In this document: positions 13,021-26,149 of the stretch, one piece after another
Layout of the letters: each line of letters begins with the position of its first letter
How positions within the stretch are numbered: the first letter of the stretch is position 1
Assembly (NCBI GenBank): GCA_964252035.1
Contig: OZ176204.1
Source: Podarcis erhardii
Lineage: Eukaryota
Direction: 5' to 3' (one strand)
DNA length: 64,000 bases
Position numbers and translations under genes: made by a program
The notes under the pieces: generated by a model
Told to the model about the DNA's origin: nothing
The model's input: only the letters and a program-made list of their open reading frames with translations
Databases searched by the model: none

Positions 13021-15799
13021 ATACTGAGGATTGCTGGTGACCTCTATTCTGTCTGTTCTCATTTCCTTGAACAAGTGCACACTGTATATTAAATACGTAA
13101 CCCAGGTCAGCTGCCAGGGCCCACTGATCACTAGAACTACCCAAGCCAGATGAATCGTGGCAATTGCTCTTATTCCTTGCTGCCAGCACTAGCCAATCTC
13201 TCTCCCTGCCCACCCATCAGTCATGGAGTGGTACAATCTGAAGTGGTGTAGCCTTGCTCCAATCACAGACATGCCACCTCAACATTTGTGTATGAGGACT
13301 TGGGACAGGAACACTGGGGAGAACCAGCTCCAATGACTGAGAAACAAGATAATGGCTGTCATCAGGGATTATACCCTTCTAATACTGAACTCAAAGCCAT
13401 CTGGGCAGAAGACCCTGACAACTAGGCAAGATTGGTAATGGTTTCCTAAGGTACTCATTTGTGGAATGCGTTTGATATGGATCAGCAGGCTTTCCCGTAT
13501 AGCCGTGGTGTGGTAATAAGCTTCTTGCAAGATAGTAAGCAACCATTTGGGATAGCTTATAAACTGCCCAACCAGAGCCAGAACGCTTGGAACTGCTATT
13601 ATGCTGTAGCACAGTGCGCATGCACACACATTTTACAGCAAGACATGTTACTGTAGGAGAGCCCTCTCCAGCGTGAATGTGCCACATTAGTGCCCTATGG
13701 TGACTCATGGGGTGTGAAATGGCTGTAATGAGGACAGAATGCCAGGTAAGCTTCCGTCAGAGCATATGAAATCTGGATAGTGTGCCTTGGGAGAAGGCTA
13801 TTGAACAGTTACCCACACTCACAAGCTGCCATAAAGGAAATGTTAATTGAGGCGATAAAAGGCAGCTAGGGAGAAGGCAGATTCTAGTTGATAGCAGCTG
13901 GCTGCAATAAATGGGAAAGGAACCTGCTCTCTTAGGGTTGGGAGAGAATGCTTCTTTCCCAAGTAGTTTGCAGGATGAGAGTTGCAGATCCATTGCTTGG
14001 CAGAAACCAGTGGCAGAAACCATGCAGCCGAAGGCAGGATAATGTTGGGAATTCCTTGTGAAAATAATCAAATAGCTGATTTTTGGCACAAGGGTCATAT
14101 ACCCCTTCTTCCACTAAACTTGAAGTATTCCCCACTGACTTTAATTCTCAGGGATTCTGGGGTCAGGCAGTGTTTATTGTTGGGCTTATCCAGGGGGAGA
14201 AGGAGCTTCCCTCTAGCTCCTATACTAAGCCCATATAGCCTGGAAGAAAGCTCTTTAGTCCTAACAAGTTAAAACTATATATATAAAAAACAGAAGACTA
14301 TTATGCCCAAGTGCACTAAGATGCACACCAATGTAAAACAAACATTATGAGATCCTGCTGGACTCAGAGTATCTAAGCTGGAAACTGGTAAATTCAGACA
14401 TCTAAAAAGAACAAGCCAGGCATCACTGGTTCATACAGGTTCTCTTTCTCTTGCTCCTTTTTAACATAGGTGGGAGAAATTACCCACCCTACAACCCCTG
14501 GGAATAACCTTCCTCCTGTTGCGTGCAGGAATAGCAGCTAAGGTTGAGGACATCTTCTTTTCCTAGGTATTTGTGCTGCGCCTTTACTTATTTTTAAACC
14601 AAGTACTGTTTGCACCAGTTTAGTTATCGGATTCACACTTCACGCGTCATCCCTATCTCTGCTTTGAGGAACTTGAGTGAGAATTCTTTCCTGGCTCCTA
14701 AATCCAGGATGCTTCATCACACACAAAAATACTCAGACTAAGGAAGACAGTCTGTGGTTGTCTGCATCTGACTGGGAACAGACACCAAAATGGTGATACA
14801 CAAATATCCCTCATTAACTAACTCTGTAGGTATGTTTGCGCTGCAGTTTCAAGCCGGAAGGCAAGAGGAGCCCTGAAAACAACTGTGTGGAATCTGGACC
14901 AATTACTCTTGTGAGACAATCATCCCCTACTGGTTGACAAACTATAAGATCCACATTTGCCTAAAGTCCTCATCAGTGACCTAAATCTGGATGTTAACAT
15001 CAATAACCCAATTTCATCATGATTTCAGCATTTCTCATCACTGCAACAGAGGAAGAGAGCTCTCTAGATGCAGTTAGTCCATGAGGCAGGTTAAGACAGG
15101 TTTGAACATCCCTTTATTCTCTGTCCGCCCCATGGACAAGACCAGAAGAATATAATCTGGGTTTGGAAAGACTCAATTCTTGCTAGACAAAGTGTGCCAT
15201 AACCTTTACAAAAACATTCACAAACTCCCTCAGGGCTGCAAAGAGAGAACTGGAAGCCTTCTGTATTGGAAACATTTATAGAGTCTGCTTCTGAATGATC
15301 AACAGATGCCCACAGAGATTCAATTCTTGCCAGGATGAAAAATTGGCAAATATTAAGTTCTCATGCAGTGATTGAGCCGTTTCAGATTTAAATGGGTGAA
15401 AGTTGCCATTGTTAGGTGTTCTATTAATGGACCATATAGTGCCTCTGGGCCACTTCGCTTTGCAGTCCAGGGGCTGTCAGAACACTAAAACAACTGCTGG
15501 TGCGAGGGACAGAAATTTATTTCGGGGAAATGCAACAAAATCTGCCTTCTGATCATTCAGCAGCTGCAAGGCTGCTTGGAGGTAGTTTTCTGTACCGGTT
15601 GGCCAGACATGGTCTGAGGTTCTATGAAAAGTGCTGAAATGTCTTATTTTGCATGGACTTTCCTTTTTGTACTGCCCTCAGAAATAGTGCTTGTGAGGAG
15701 TACAAGATTAGAACTGCCTGTGGAGATACCTGGGGACTGGAAGTAGCAGAGTCATCATGCCTGAGCCACTGGAGCTGATGGAATGGGAGCACTTGAGTG

Positions 15800-15802
<3 letters not shown>

Positions 15803-15872
<70 letters not shown>
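15803..15872. repeat. Compound microsatellite (TG)16(AG)19
   Basis: Read directly from the sequence. Confidence 0.97.
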
Positions 15873-15876
<4 letters not shown>

Positions 15877-16739
15877 GGCATGTGGTAGAACATCATTATC
15901 TCATTGGCTGCCCAGTAGGTAATATGAAGGTGGAATCACCAGCACAATCCCTAACGAGCATGGACAGTGTTTCTAGAATGCTCTTTGTGTATAGCAGTTT
16001 TTAAAAAATTGAGAGCAAGAGTTCCTTGGCTTGCAGCTATTTATATATGCCCACTGAAAACATCTCTAATTTATCCTTTTCTTAGTTTAGATTCTGCTCA
16101 GAATGGAAGGATATTGCAGGGGTCTCCCTCTCACTGCTTTATGAATGTTCACTTCACAGACATTGTTAATGGCTATGAGATTTCAATCGCCCCAACTTCA
16201 ATCCACCCTTTAACTAAGGGCAAGCTGTGAGCAAATGTCCATTTGGCAAATTAAGACTTTCCAGGCAAAGCACGCTGCAGCAGCAGGATTGAGCACACTT
16301 CAGGAGCAGAAGCCAGGAGGTAGGGGATGTTGGGGGGGGGGATCCTGAGAGCCAGACAGAAGTGCTGAGATATGCTTGTTTGTGCTTTGGTTAAAACATT
16401 AACAAGATTGCTCTGAAAGCTTTGCAAGAGGTTGGCTGCCAAAATTAAATGTTTAGAATTTAAAAGCATCCATTTTTATTAAAGTCTGACATATTGCTGG
16501 CTCTGGCTTCAGTATTGGCGCCTACAGATGAGGAGAACTGGGCACTGAAAGACCAAGACCAAAGGTGGGCAGGGTGGCCAAGATGCAAATGAGGGCACTG
16601 TTCCTGCTCCTTTAATGGTTATGCAGAGCACAGAATTCAGCAGGTACAGTTTGCATGTTATTCTCTCCTCCACACAACTATTTATATAGGTATAGGTGCC
16701 CTAAATATGGGTGCAAGGAGGCTATTCTGTATGCAAGCA

Positions 16740-16878
16740 TCCTAGGAGAAAAGAGGTGCCAGAACTCACCTGAACTCAGTTCTGGCACCTCTCAGGTGGG
16801 CACCATTGCCATTATAGAAGAACAAGGGAGATATTCATGTTGAGTTCTGGCACCCCCACCCCCCGAAAAATAGTACTG
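16740..16878. mobile_element. Probable non-autonomous DNA element fragment
   Basis: Internal inverted repeat gaggtgccagaact...agttctggcacctc, with a further gagttctggcacc copy. Ends are uncertain. Confidence 0.45.
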
Positions 16879-16885
16879 CTTAGAT

Positions 16886-17021
16886 CAGTGTTTCCCAACC
16901 TTGGGCCTCCAGATGTTTTTGGCCTACAACTCCCATCATCCCTAGCTAGCAAGACCAGTGGTCAGGGATGATGGGAATTGTAGTTCAAAAACAGCTGGAG
17001 GCCCAAGGTTGGGAAACACTG
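16886..17021. mobile_element. Intact hAT MITE
   Basis: Long TIRs cagtgtttcccaaccttgggcctccag / ctggaggcccaaggttgggaaacactg and a perfect 8-bp TSD gcttagat at 16878-16885 and 17022-17029. Confidence 0.93.
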
Positions 17022-20000
17022 GCTTAGATCACATATAAGTTAAAAAATAGGCACATCCACTTTCATGTTTTGTGGTACATACCCCCTCCCTCCTAAGATT
17101 AGGTCATTATATGCTGTTAAAATATTTGTCATCTGGCTTCTGCCACTCCACTTAAGACCTGGCAACTCCAGAGTCTCAGAGGCAGCTAAATTGATGGCAA
17201 AGACAGCTATAAATTAACCATTATAAAATTTATTCAAGTGCTCCATATAGTTCTGTCGAAATTCTCCACCACAAGCCCCATCTTAGTCTCCCTCATTAGC
17301 GCTAAACATATCCTGTCTCTAAAGAGTCTGAGCCAGCATCAGGTGGAAGGAATGGAGGAAAATCCAAGCGGAATTAGCAGAGATGAAAAGCTACAGCTGT
17401 CTCAGACAGGGGTCATGGCTCAGAATAAGGGAGACCCCACTAGAGATAGATTTGTGCTAACTAATCTAGAATCACTAATTCACAGCTCTGAGTTCTTTCT
17501 CTTTCTATGGCCTCTACAAGCAGCGGCATAATTTCCATATCTCTCAAGGGACAAACCACTGCCTGGGAGGCAGCTGTGGTTCCAGACAGGATAAAAGGAA
17601 GGCCAGTCAACAAAATAATCAAACCTTGGACCTAATGCACTGCCTCTAATACTATACTGTGTGAAGACATGAGTTCTGCTGGAAAAAAAACCAGTGTGCA
17701 GTACAGTAGCAACAGAAAGAGGGAATGTTATGAAGTACTCCTAAATTCAGATTTTCCTCTAAGTATTGTAGCCTGCACCTGAGAATGGAAGCTCTGTTAT
17801 GATCTGGAAGACAAGGAATGAACCACCTGCAATGTGTCCTGCTAAATACATTGGCAGCTATCTCCCTGACACTCCTTATCACTTGTAAATTTAAAAGTAA
17901 AACACAAGAGCATCAGAACCTTTCTGGAAGTGTTAAGCCAAGACACCTAAAATGTCACTCATTCGTTTTCCCCACATAGCTAATTAAGAAGTTTCAGTGG
18001 CATCAGGCTACCACCAGAAAATAGTGATGATGTTAATCCTTTTCCCCTTCCGCACCTGGACATCAGAAAGAAGTTACACCTTTAGAAGGCATTTCTCAGA
18101 GATTTAGGACAATCTCTTCCTGGCTGGCATGATTTAGAAACTTTTAGCACCCAATCCTTTCGGGAAGACAATATTTTTAGCCTTTTATTGTAAATATTAA
18201 ACTCAGATTTGGTCGTAAAAGCTGCTACTAGCCTGCTCAGAGTTAGGGGCTTCTTATCTTCAGGGGTCGGACTCTATCTCCTAGGATCTTCACTAAGGTT
18301 GTAATCTGTGACTCTCAGATCCACCCACCCACTCTGCAGGTGTCAGAAACTGTGTCCTCTTCTTCACAGAACAGGCCATATGCCCCTTCGTTACACTACC
18401 TCATTTTATTTTTCCTTGTTTTTGTTCCTTTTGCTGTACCAGAATGGCTCCAGGATGACACTACCAAACTCTCCTCTGCATCCCTTACCAAAATACTCTG
18501 AGCCAGTGTTCTTAAGCTGGCAACAGATATTTCCCTTCTCCATGCTTGTCCTACTGCTCTGAAAATCCCTCCCCACCCCGTGCAATTTTTTTTGCCTTTC
18601 CCTTCACATTTCTTCCAAACAGATTTGTACAGCACATCCTCAGCAGCAATTTTCTCCACCACATTTCTCTCCTTTATGCTCACAAACCACTTCAAGCATT
18701 TCCACTATTAAAAAAAGACTTACTTCCCTGTGTTCTGTTAAGAAAGCCAAATAGCTCATACCGTTAGTTGCTTCAAGCTCTCCAGAACTGAAATCTTTTT
18801 CCTTTGCCAGTCATCCCAAACGTTTTCCTCATTTGTTAATATTGCCAAATTGTGTTCATCTTCTTTTTCCAAAGTGTGCTGCACAAGCCCCCTCCTGCAG
18901 TTTTTGTGGTAAGGCTGGTGCTTTAGAATGATTTCCTTTTATTGCTGTGGCCAGGCAGCTTCCCCCCTCCTCAATTTCTTGTTAGCATTCTTCCTTTGTT
19001 GTATATTTCTGCAAATTGAAAGCTTGCACCATTAGTTTTAACCCTTTTATTAGCTTTAAACTCTTTTAAACTTAGCCTGTTGTTAGTGTGTTGTGAACAT
19101 CGGCATCAATTGATTCTGCTTAATAGCTTTCAACAAATATGTTACAGTAATTCCTTCCAATACAAAAAAATTACTTGAGATTTCGTTGTCCATGACTACC
19201 CATGGAGTGCCAAATTCCAAAGTGTGTTCAGGCTCAAGCACAAAAGATCCTAAAAATAGGTTGCATGCCAAGGTTGCATGTGCAAGCTTGCATTGCGTGC
19301 ACACTGCACACTTCATAACAGAGACCCTTGACCCAAACCACCTTGAATTGCTTGACATGTGCATATAGTGAGGGTAGCATCTTCCCCAAGCCAACCTTTT
19401 GTCACAAGCATCAAAGGATATGCATGCAAACAGGAAGTGCACAACTGCTCAAAGAATTCCAGTAGAAAAATGACATTGTGTTGTATCCAAAGCAGAGTGA
19501 GGGACATTCCACTTGCACAATGAGACTTCTTCTGCCTCTGCTCTACCCACCCTCCCCATATCTGCTTCAGGGAGCTGAAGGGGGGAGTTCCACCGTGCAA
19601 GCCAAAGTCTGTTGTGCAAAAGAAATGACAATGTTGGATACAACCTATGGATACAACCTACACTCCAAGATGCTTCCAGCTGAGTCAGATAAACCCAAAG
19701 GCATCAGTTCATAATAGTACCAAGCACTATAAACTAGGAAGTACATCCTAAAACAAAGGATACTCCTATAACAAACTGAGAACTAACTACAGAATGCAGA
19801 TTGGAAAGGGGGAAGCGCAGAAACACACACCTTGCTGAAAAGAACTCTGATGACCTCTGTGAAGACCCCACTCCCAGCCCAAAGTATAGGACCACAGAGC
19901 TTCTCTTCCTGGTTAATTCTGAGGAGGATGACCCTGCCTACCAAGCAAGAGAAGGCTCATGAACAAATGAAAAGATTCCATGTGGTCACATGGGAGAGAA

Positions 20001-21464
20001 GTAAAAGGCTCCTGAGCAAGGGTTGCCACCCACCCACTCAGTCACAACCTCTTCTATTGGCTGCAAAGTAATACATCTTTCAACCAAATTTCGGCTGAGG
20101 AGGGGACCCGATGAGTACCGCAAATGTGCTCTATGTTGGTAACCCCTGCAACTAGTTTCACAAAGAAAATGCTTGCAGGTAACAAACTGAAAATGACTCA
20201 AAGAATCAAGCTTGCAATTTTCAGATTTTCAAACCCAACTTCTTTCCACCTCGCACATCCCATCCTAAATACGTCACTGAAGATGGCAAGTGCTCTTTAG
20301 CAAGGACGATGTCGTTTGTGTATTTGGTACAGCGGCAAGCACAGCATTAGCACCAAGAAAATGTTAAGAGTAGTAATAATTTATTACCTCTCCCCCAAAA
20401 GAGCACAAAAAGATACACTGCACACAATAGAGTGATCAGAGGCGCCACACCCCTCCCTGGCCCCTTACTGCCAAATTCTATATACAACATCTTACAGGTG
20501 CTATTTCAGCAGCAAGGTGTTCATAATGTTTCTTCTAGAGGGGAAAAAGGAATTCTTCCTTGAAATTCTGGCCTCAAAGTCCACTGCTAAGCATGGCTGA
20601 GATCCATCAACGTACTGGGGAAGGGAGCTTCTCATCGGAGCCCAAAAAGAACAGAGGAATCACACAAGATGGCAGTCTGTTCTGAATAATAACCAACATA
20701 CACCAGGAAAGAGCCCAGTAAAGGTGCCTGTACACCTGCTTGCCGAATCCTGTTTGCATCCATTGGACAAGGTTCTGCAACCTGGAAGATAATATGCAGG
20801 TAGGAGACAATCTCCTGCAACAGATACTGTGCCAAATCCTCCCAACATTTTAATTAAGAATTCAGACTCTAAATTTTAGAGCTCATCTGATTGAGATTTC
20901 CAGTCTGAGTACAGTACCAAAGGTATGACCAACTCCTGGCTTCCCAACAGAGCACAGTCCTATATTTCTAGAAAAGGGATAACAAAAATCGATGGGCAGT
21001 TGACCGCACAAACATGTCCTGTAATCTGCCGTTGCAGCCCTTGGTGGACAGGAGTAGAGAACAGAATGCCAAAGATGTAGAACACTGACTTGCCCCATCC
21101 CAGGCTTCTTTTCCCCTAAAATGCTGTGAGATACTCCCAACTAATTAATTCCCTACTTCTACCTATGCAATGAAGCACTTTATTGGAGCACAGAGAAGGT
21201 AGACTTTGACAGAGGAAGGGAAGGTGAGCTAAGCAGTTCCTGCTTCAGTCAATGTGAAATTTGGCATAGGCAGTGTATGTGTTGAATGGACTAGACACTG
21301 AAAATGTGGATAGGAGCACTTGGTCACCATATCAGCACCTTGGGGATCCAGGAGTATCAGGCCAGTGGAGAGGTGCTGAAGAACCTAATGTAGGAGCTTA
21401 GTTAACCTACTGGAATCAGGGAAAAATGGGTTCCCTCTGATACACAACAACTGCATTAGCAATA

Positions 21465-22264
21465 AAAGCAGAGGGCACTCTCTTTTATTGGTCCTATGGG
21501 TTGGGGGTGGGGAATCAATGGCATATATTCAAATCCTTAATTCCCACAGTCTTAGAACAGGGCAGTAGGAATAGCAGAGGTGAGCTCATAGAGGTAACCT
21601 CTTAGTTCAGGAACTCCGGAAACCAAGTGTTTTAGGCAGCACACTGTGAAACCTCTTGAAGAGAATCTCTTGCAAGCACCATTCAGTCAGGAGGCCCTAA
21701 CTCAGAGTGAAGGGCAGAGACTTCAGCTGGTAATTTCCACACCAGTTTGAGATGGGGCTGGCAATACACATGGGCAACAGATGCAAAGCACCCAAGTCAA
21801 GCAGATAACTTATAGACAGAAGTTCAGTCAATCTGCCCCTTATTATAAAGGACTTAGTTCCCATGGCCTGCACTGCTTTCTCTTCCTCAGCATCTGTCCA
21901 TCATCAGACAGGTTGCAGAGAATCAGAAGGATGAGCTCTCCCAACAACACTGTTTTGCTCTAATTTTGCTCACTTGGGGAAAAACTCTTATCCCTGCACA
22001 ATAGTTGCTGCACAGAGAAAAGCGAGAAAAAGCGGTAACTACATATTCCTCTTCCTCACTCCCAACTCCACAGTGTAGTCAACATCACCAGTTCTCTGTG
22101 CTCAGGAATGTGGGACAAGTCCAGTTCTTCCCTTGATGATTCCTGGGGAAAAACCACACAAGCACTAGGGATAGACCACCCCACAATCAGGAGTTACAGC
22201 CAATGCTGGGGAAAGGGACTCAGTGATGCCAGGACTGGCCAGGAAGCAGGATGGCAACTCCGCT
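21465..22264 (-). other. ARMH3: Probable ARMH3 3' UTR
   Basis: Follows the stop codon. The lower boundary is inferred from the candidate poly(A) signal at 21484-21489. Confidence 0.55.
21484..21489 (-). terminator. Candidate ARMH3 polyadenylation signal (AATAAA)
   Basis: tttatt on the + strand, with a GU-rich tract (gttgttgtgt) further downstream on the minus strand. A second AATAAA lies at 21179-21184. Confidence 0.45.
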
Positions 22265-22357
22265 TCAGGAGATGGTTGAGAATTCTTTAAGCAAGGTCTC
22301 CTGGCTGAGAGTGTTGAAGGCCAGATTTCGCCGGACATTGATGCTGATGGATCGAAC
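22265..22357 (-). CDS. ARMH3: ARMH3 (C10orf76) terminal coding exon, [30 protein letters not shown]
   Basis: Acceptor ttctctctctcacag|GTT, then 93 nt (phase 0) ending in TGA at 22265-22267. The translation closely matches the human ARMH3 C-terminus as I recall it ([30 protein letters not shown]). Confidence 0.96.
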   Translation of the reverse strand, partial: VRSISINVRRNLAFNTLSQETLLKEFSTIS

Positions 22358-22617
22358 CTGTGAGAGAGAGAACAGTCATTTCATATACCACTTACACAGA
22401 CCAGCACCTCTGGCACTGAAGGAGACCCCTGATATGTGAGCTTTTGTTGCAACGTGATTGGCTCGGGGAAGAAAGCCTACCAACAAACTAAGACTTTCAA
22501 CTACCACAAGGATGTTCAGTCAGATCAAAACAGCCTATGAATCTCTCTCTTGCTGCTTGCAATCTACCCAGGTGCAGAGATGGCTGAAAAATTTCCTTCC
22601 TCAGTCTATCTTTGTGT

Positions 22618-23227
22618 CTCATAGAATCATAGAGTTGGAAGAGACCACAAGGGCCATTGAGTCCAACCCCCTGCCAAGCAGGAAACACCATCAGAGCACT
22701 CCTGACATATGGTTGTCAAGCCTCTGCTTAAAGACCTCCAAAGAAGGAGACTCCACCACACTCCTTGGCAGCAAATTCCACTGTTGAACAGCTCTTACTG
22801 TCAGGAAGTTCTTCCTAATGTTTAGGTGGAATCTTCTTTCTTGTAGTTTGGAGCCATTGCTCCGTGTCCACTTCTCTGGAGCAGCAGAAAACAACCTTTC
22901 TCCCTCCTCTATGTGACATCCTTTTATATATTTGAACATGGCTATCATATCACCCCTTAACCGCCTCTTCTCCAGGCTAAACATGTCCAGCTCCCTTAGC
23001 CGTTCCTCATAAGGCATCGTTTCCAGGCCTTTGACCATTTTGGTTGCCCTCCTCTGGACACGTTCCAGTTTGTCAGTGTCCTTCTTGAACTGTGGTGCCC
23101 AGAACTGGACACAGTACTCCAGGTGAGATCTGACCAGAGCAGAATACAGTGGCACTATTACTTCCCTTGATCTAGATGCTATACTCCTATTGATGCAGCC
23201 CAGAATTGCATTGGCTTTTTTAGCTTC
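22618..23227 (-). mobile_element. 5'-truncated young CR1 LINE (ORF2 C-terminus)
   Basis: Open frame [47 protein letters not shown]...[16 protein letters not shown], followed by a 3' UTR with an (ATTCTATG) tail. Confidence 0.96.
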
Positions 23228-24928
23228 ATAGTCTCGGGTGGTCCAGAGCTTGTGGGCCAAGACAGAGCTCTTGGGAATTAGGTGCATTCAACCCAGAGGT
23301 AAATTGGAGGAAGGATGTGGTGGTGAGGTCAGGATTAGAGCAGTGGAGGTCCAATAGCAGTGGCAAGACAGAGCGGGAAATTGGCTAGATGCAAAGTTGG
23401 TAGGACTGTGAACAGCTCCCAGGCATGCAGCTTTCAGTACACGACTGAGCCACAAGTGGTGCAAGCCCTGAGTCCTGGATGGATGTTTACTGTTTTGAAG
23501 TCCAATAAGGTTTCTTCTGCATCCTGCACAAGCCAGGAGAAGAAACTTAAGAGCTTGTACTCTCCTCCTTTCTCTATGTTTTTAAATGGAATTCACTGTA
23601 ATGCTATGTGGCAAGGACCACTGGTTTCAATGGTTTTAAAAGAGGACTGGGAAAAGCCATGGGTGATAGGTCTGTTAAGTCATGACAGCTGCCTTCAGGG
23701 ACACTGTAAGAAACAGAATGCTGAACTAGTTGAACCTTTTGTGTTTCCATCTAGATCACCTTCTATTGTAGTCATAGATAATGTACATAATTCTGCATAA
23801 AAATTCAGAACACAGCAATCAAAATAAACAGTGCAGATCTGGGACATTTCCATAATTTAATGTTGAACATGTTTGGTTCAGAGTATGTACCCCCTTACTA
23901 TTAAATAGGGCAGCAGATCTTAACTGGTAAATAATGGGATTTTGTCAACATACAACCAAATCAGGTCAATTGGATTCTTCCCTTCTGCTTTGATAGCAAA
24001 CTCGGGGAATACACAAAACATTTATTGTAGTTCTCAGAGATTGGCTTGTAAGAGGCTCAAGAAGTCTCTAGAGAAATAGGGATTAAACTGGTTGCATTTG
24101 TTCAATCATCAGATGAAGAATAATGATGAAAGCTTCCTTGTCTTCATTCAACTGGGAAGAGAGTCCATTTGAACATTTCTGATAGAAAAACTGGAGGAAG
24201 GAAGACCGCTGGCAATTGTGTTAGCTATACTCGGTGAAACTGAATCTAAACTACTAGCATTTAGGAGGATGGACTCTGGAAAAAGTATAATCTCAGAAAA
24301 TTGGAAAAAGCAAATCTGCATTTTAATCAAGGGAAATGTAAAGTTAGTGAACAGCAGGGCATACTGAGCAGCAACAATTCCTGAAAGAAGGGGGGGGGGG
24401 AGAGAACTTAGGCAGCACACACAGCTGATGCACAAAAAGTAGCAGAGAACATAGTACAAGGGAAGGGGAATATGCCACCTGCTTGTATGAATGCACAGAT
24501 CAGGACAACCATGGCTGTTTCTGAACATGGCTGTTTCAAGCTTCTGCGTTTGGCAATTTCCCTCTTGGGAAATTCAAATGAAAAACCTCCCTTATTCATG
24601 TTCTGTCAATGGAACTATTGGAACATGCTCATCTGATGAGCTGCTGGCAGGTTCAATCAGCACGAGATTTCTCTGGCTCTCTCCTTTAGGAACATGCAGA
24701 AAAAGAGTGCAATAAACCCTGAGATGAATGGAGGTAAAACCTTCTTTCCCTAATCATGTCTCGCCAGCATCCTGTTCAAAGTGACCTAATGAAAAGTACA
24801 CTAGTTTGTCACCTGTGCCAGTCATATTTCTGGATAATAAAAGGGACGTTCTGGCTGTGCTGTGGCTGCTCTGCAAAGTAGACCATGGGCCAAGACTTTG
24901 AGGCTCCTACTCACGAGCTGAAACTCAC

Positions 24929-25045
24929 CAGTTCTTTAAAGAAAGCAGCTTCTTTGTGTTGCTCCGAGTAACGTTCATATTGGTCCAGCCCATCCTGCAA
25001 CTTTAGGGTGAGCGTGTCGTAGTTGGAGCGCACCACTTCCAAAAC
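24929..25045 (-). CDS. ARMH3: ARMH3 penultimate coding exon, [39 protein letters not shown]
   Basis: Acceptor tatttctggtgcag|GTT and donor CTG|gtgagt. 117 nt, phase 0/0. It contains the conserved [19 protein letters not shown] motif and splices in frame to both neighbouring exons. Confidence 0.97.
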
Positions 25046-26149
25046 CTGCACCAGAAATACACAATGAGAAAGAAGAATCAGCTTGTTGAAAATTGTTCAA
25101 TCTACAGCATTCAGCAGTGAACGTACAGGAATCCTACTGCCTTAATGGGAAATGAGGATGGAAGAGGAATCTGCCAAACTTGGAGGAGCTCTGCCAAGTA
25201 GATCTATAAAAATGTGCTGCCTAGCACCTCGAAGATGCTCTCCACAGGTGCAATCTATGCACTACACAACGGAGAATGGGGCGGTGCAGTGGAAGAATAA
25301 ATGTTGATGTGCTGCAAGGTCACTTCTGAATAGTTTTGTCAGCAATCCTGCTCTTGCTAGAACAGGCTGCCTCCTCTGAAAACAGCCTCCTTCCTTGATT
25401 CTGTTTGTCAGGTTTACTGGCAGTGAGGAAAAAATCAGCAGCAGTAACAGCTATCTACAGATTCAATTGGCCATTTTCTTGCATACGTGCCGAGGTTGCG
25501 ATGGGAATAATAAGTGTTTGAAAGCGTAGACCTCAAGCACAGAGATCAGACCCAGGAGGAAGAATAATTCACTCCCAAATGCAACTAGCCACTAGGAACT
25601 GAGCATAATCGAATAATACACCCTCTGCCAGACAGTTAAATAGAAAGCTATCACCACAGCTCCATGAATCAGAACTCTGTCCTCTTGCCAACTGTACAGA
25701 TTCAAGTCATCTACAATTAACCACAGAAAGAAGGTGAAGTGTACTTGAAAGGGAAGGAGGCTCTGAACAGAGCTGTCTTCTGAATGTGTGCTTCAAGGCA
25801 GTGCGTACAAGGTTCTCATCTGTTTAGCTTCTTCTTACCATGACACATTGAAAAAGCTACATGATCTTATTTTTAAATGCCTGAAGAGACAGTGAGAATG
25901 CAGGAGTTTGCACACACAAGTTATCAACACTGCGTTTTTTAAAATTAAAAAATAGGCATATTAAGTTTAGTATCAATTACTTTCCTTACATATTTAAACA
26001 GTTGTCTATTCCTGGGCATTGACCTGAAGTCTCTGACATCATTTCTGGGTGGGCTTTCTTGCTGTTGTGCAACACATTAAGTCACATCAGCCTCCTACTG
26101 CTGCACATGAAGTTCTGTTGCTTATGGGCATTCTCACTAGTGACACCCC

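Noticed and set aside
18485-18543. Minus-strand MEKGNICCQLKNTGSEYF|G with a phase-1 donor, as a possible KCNIP2 alternative first exon
   Set aside because: The phase fits, but the peptide resembles no KCNIP N-terminus I know.
24148-24277. Ser-rich minus-strand frame after a good acceptor, as an alternative ARMH3 last exon
   Set aside because: The open frame needs a phase-1 donor. The real donor is phase 0 (giving SPSS*) and the distal donor is phase 2 (stop after 7 codons).
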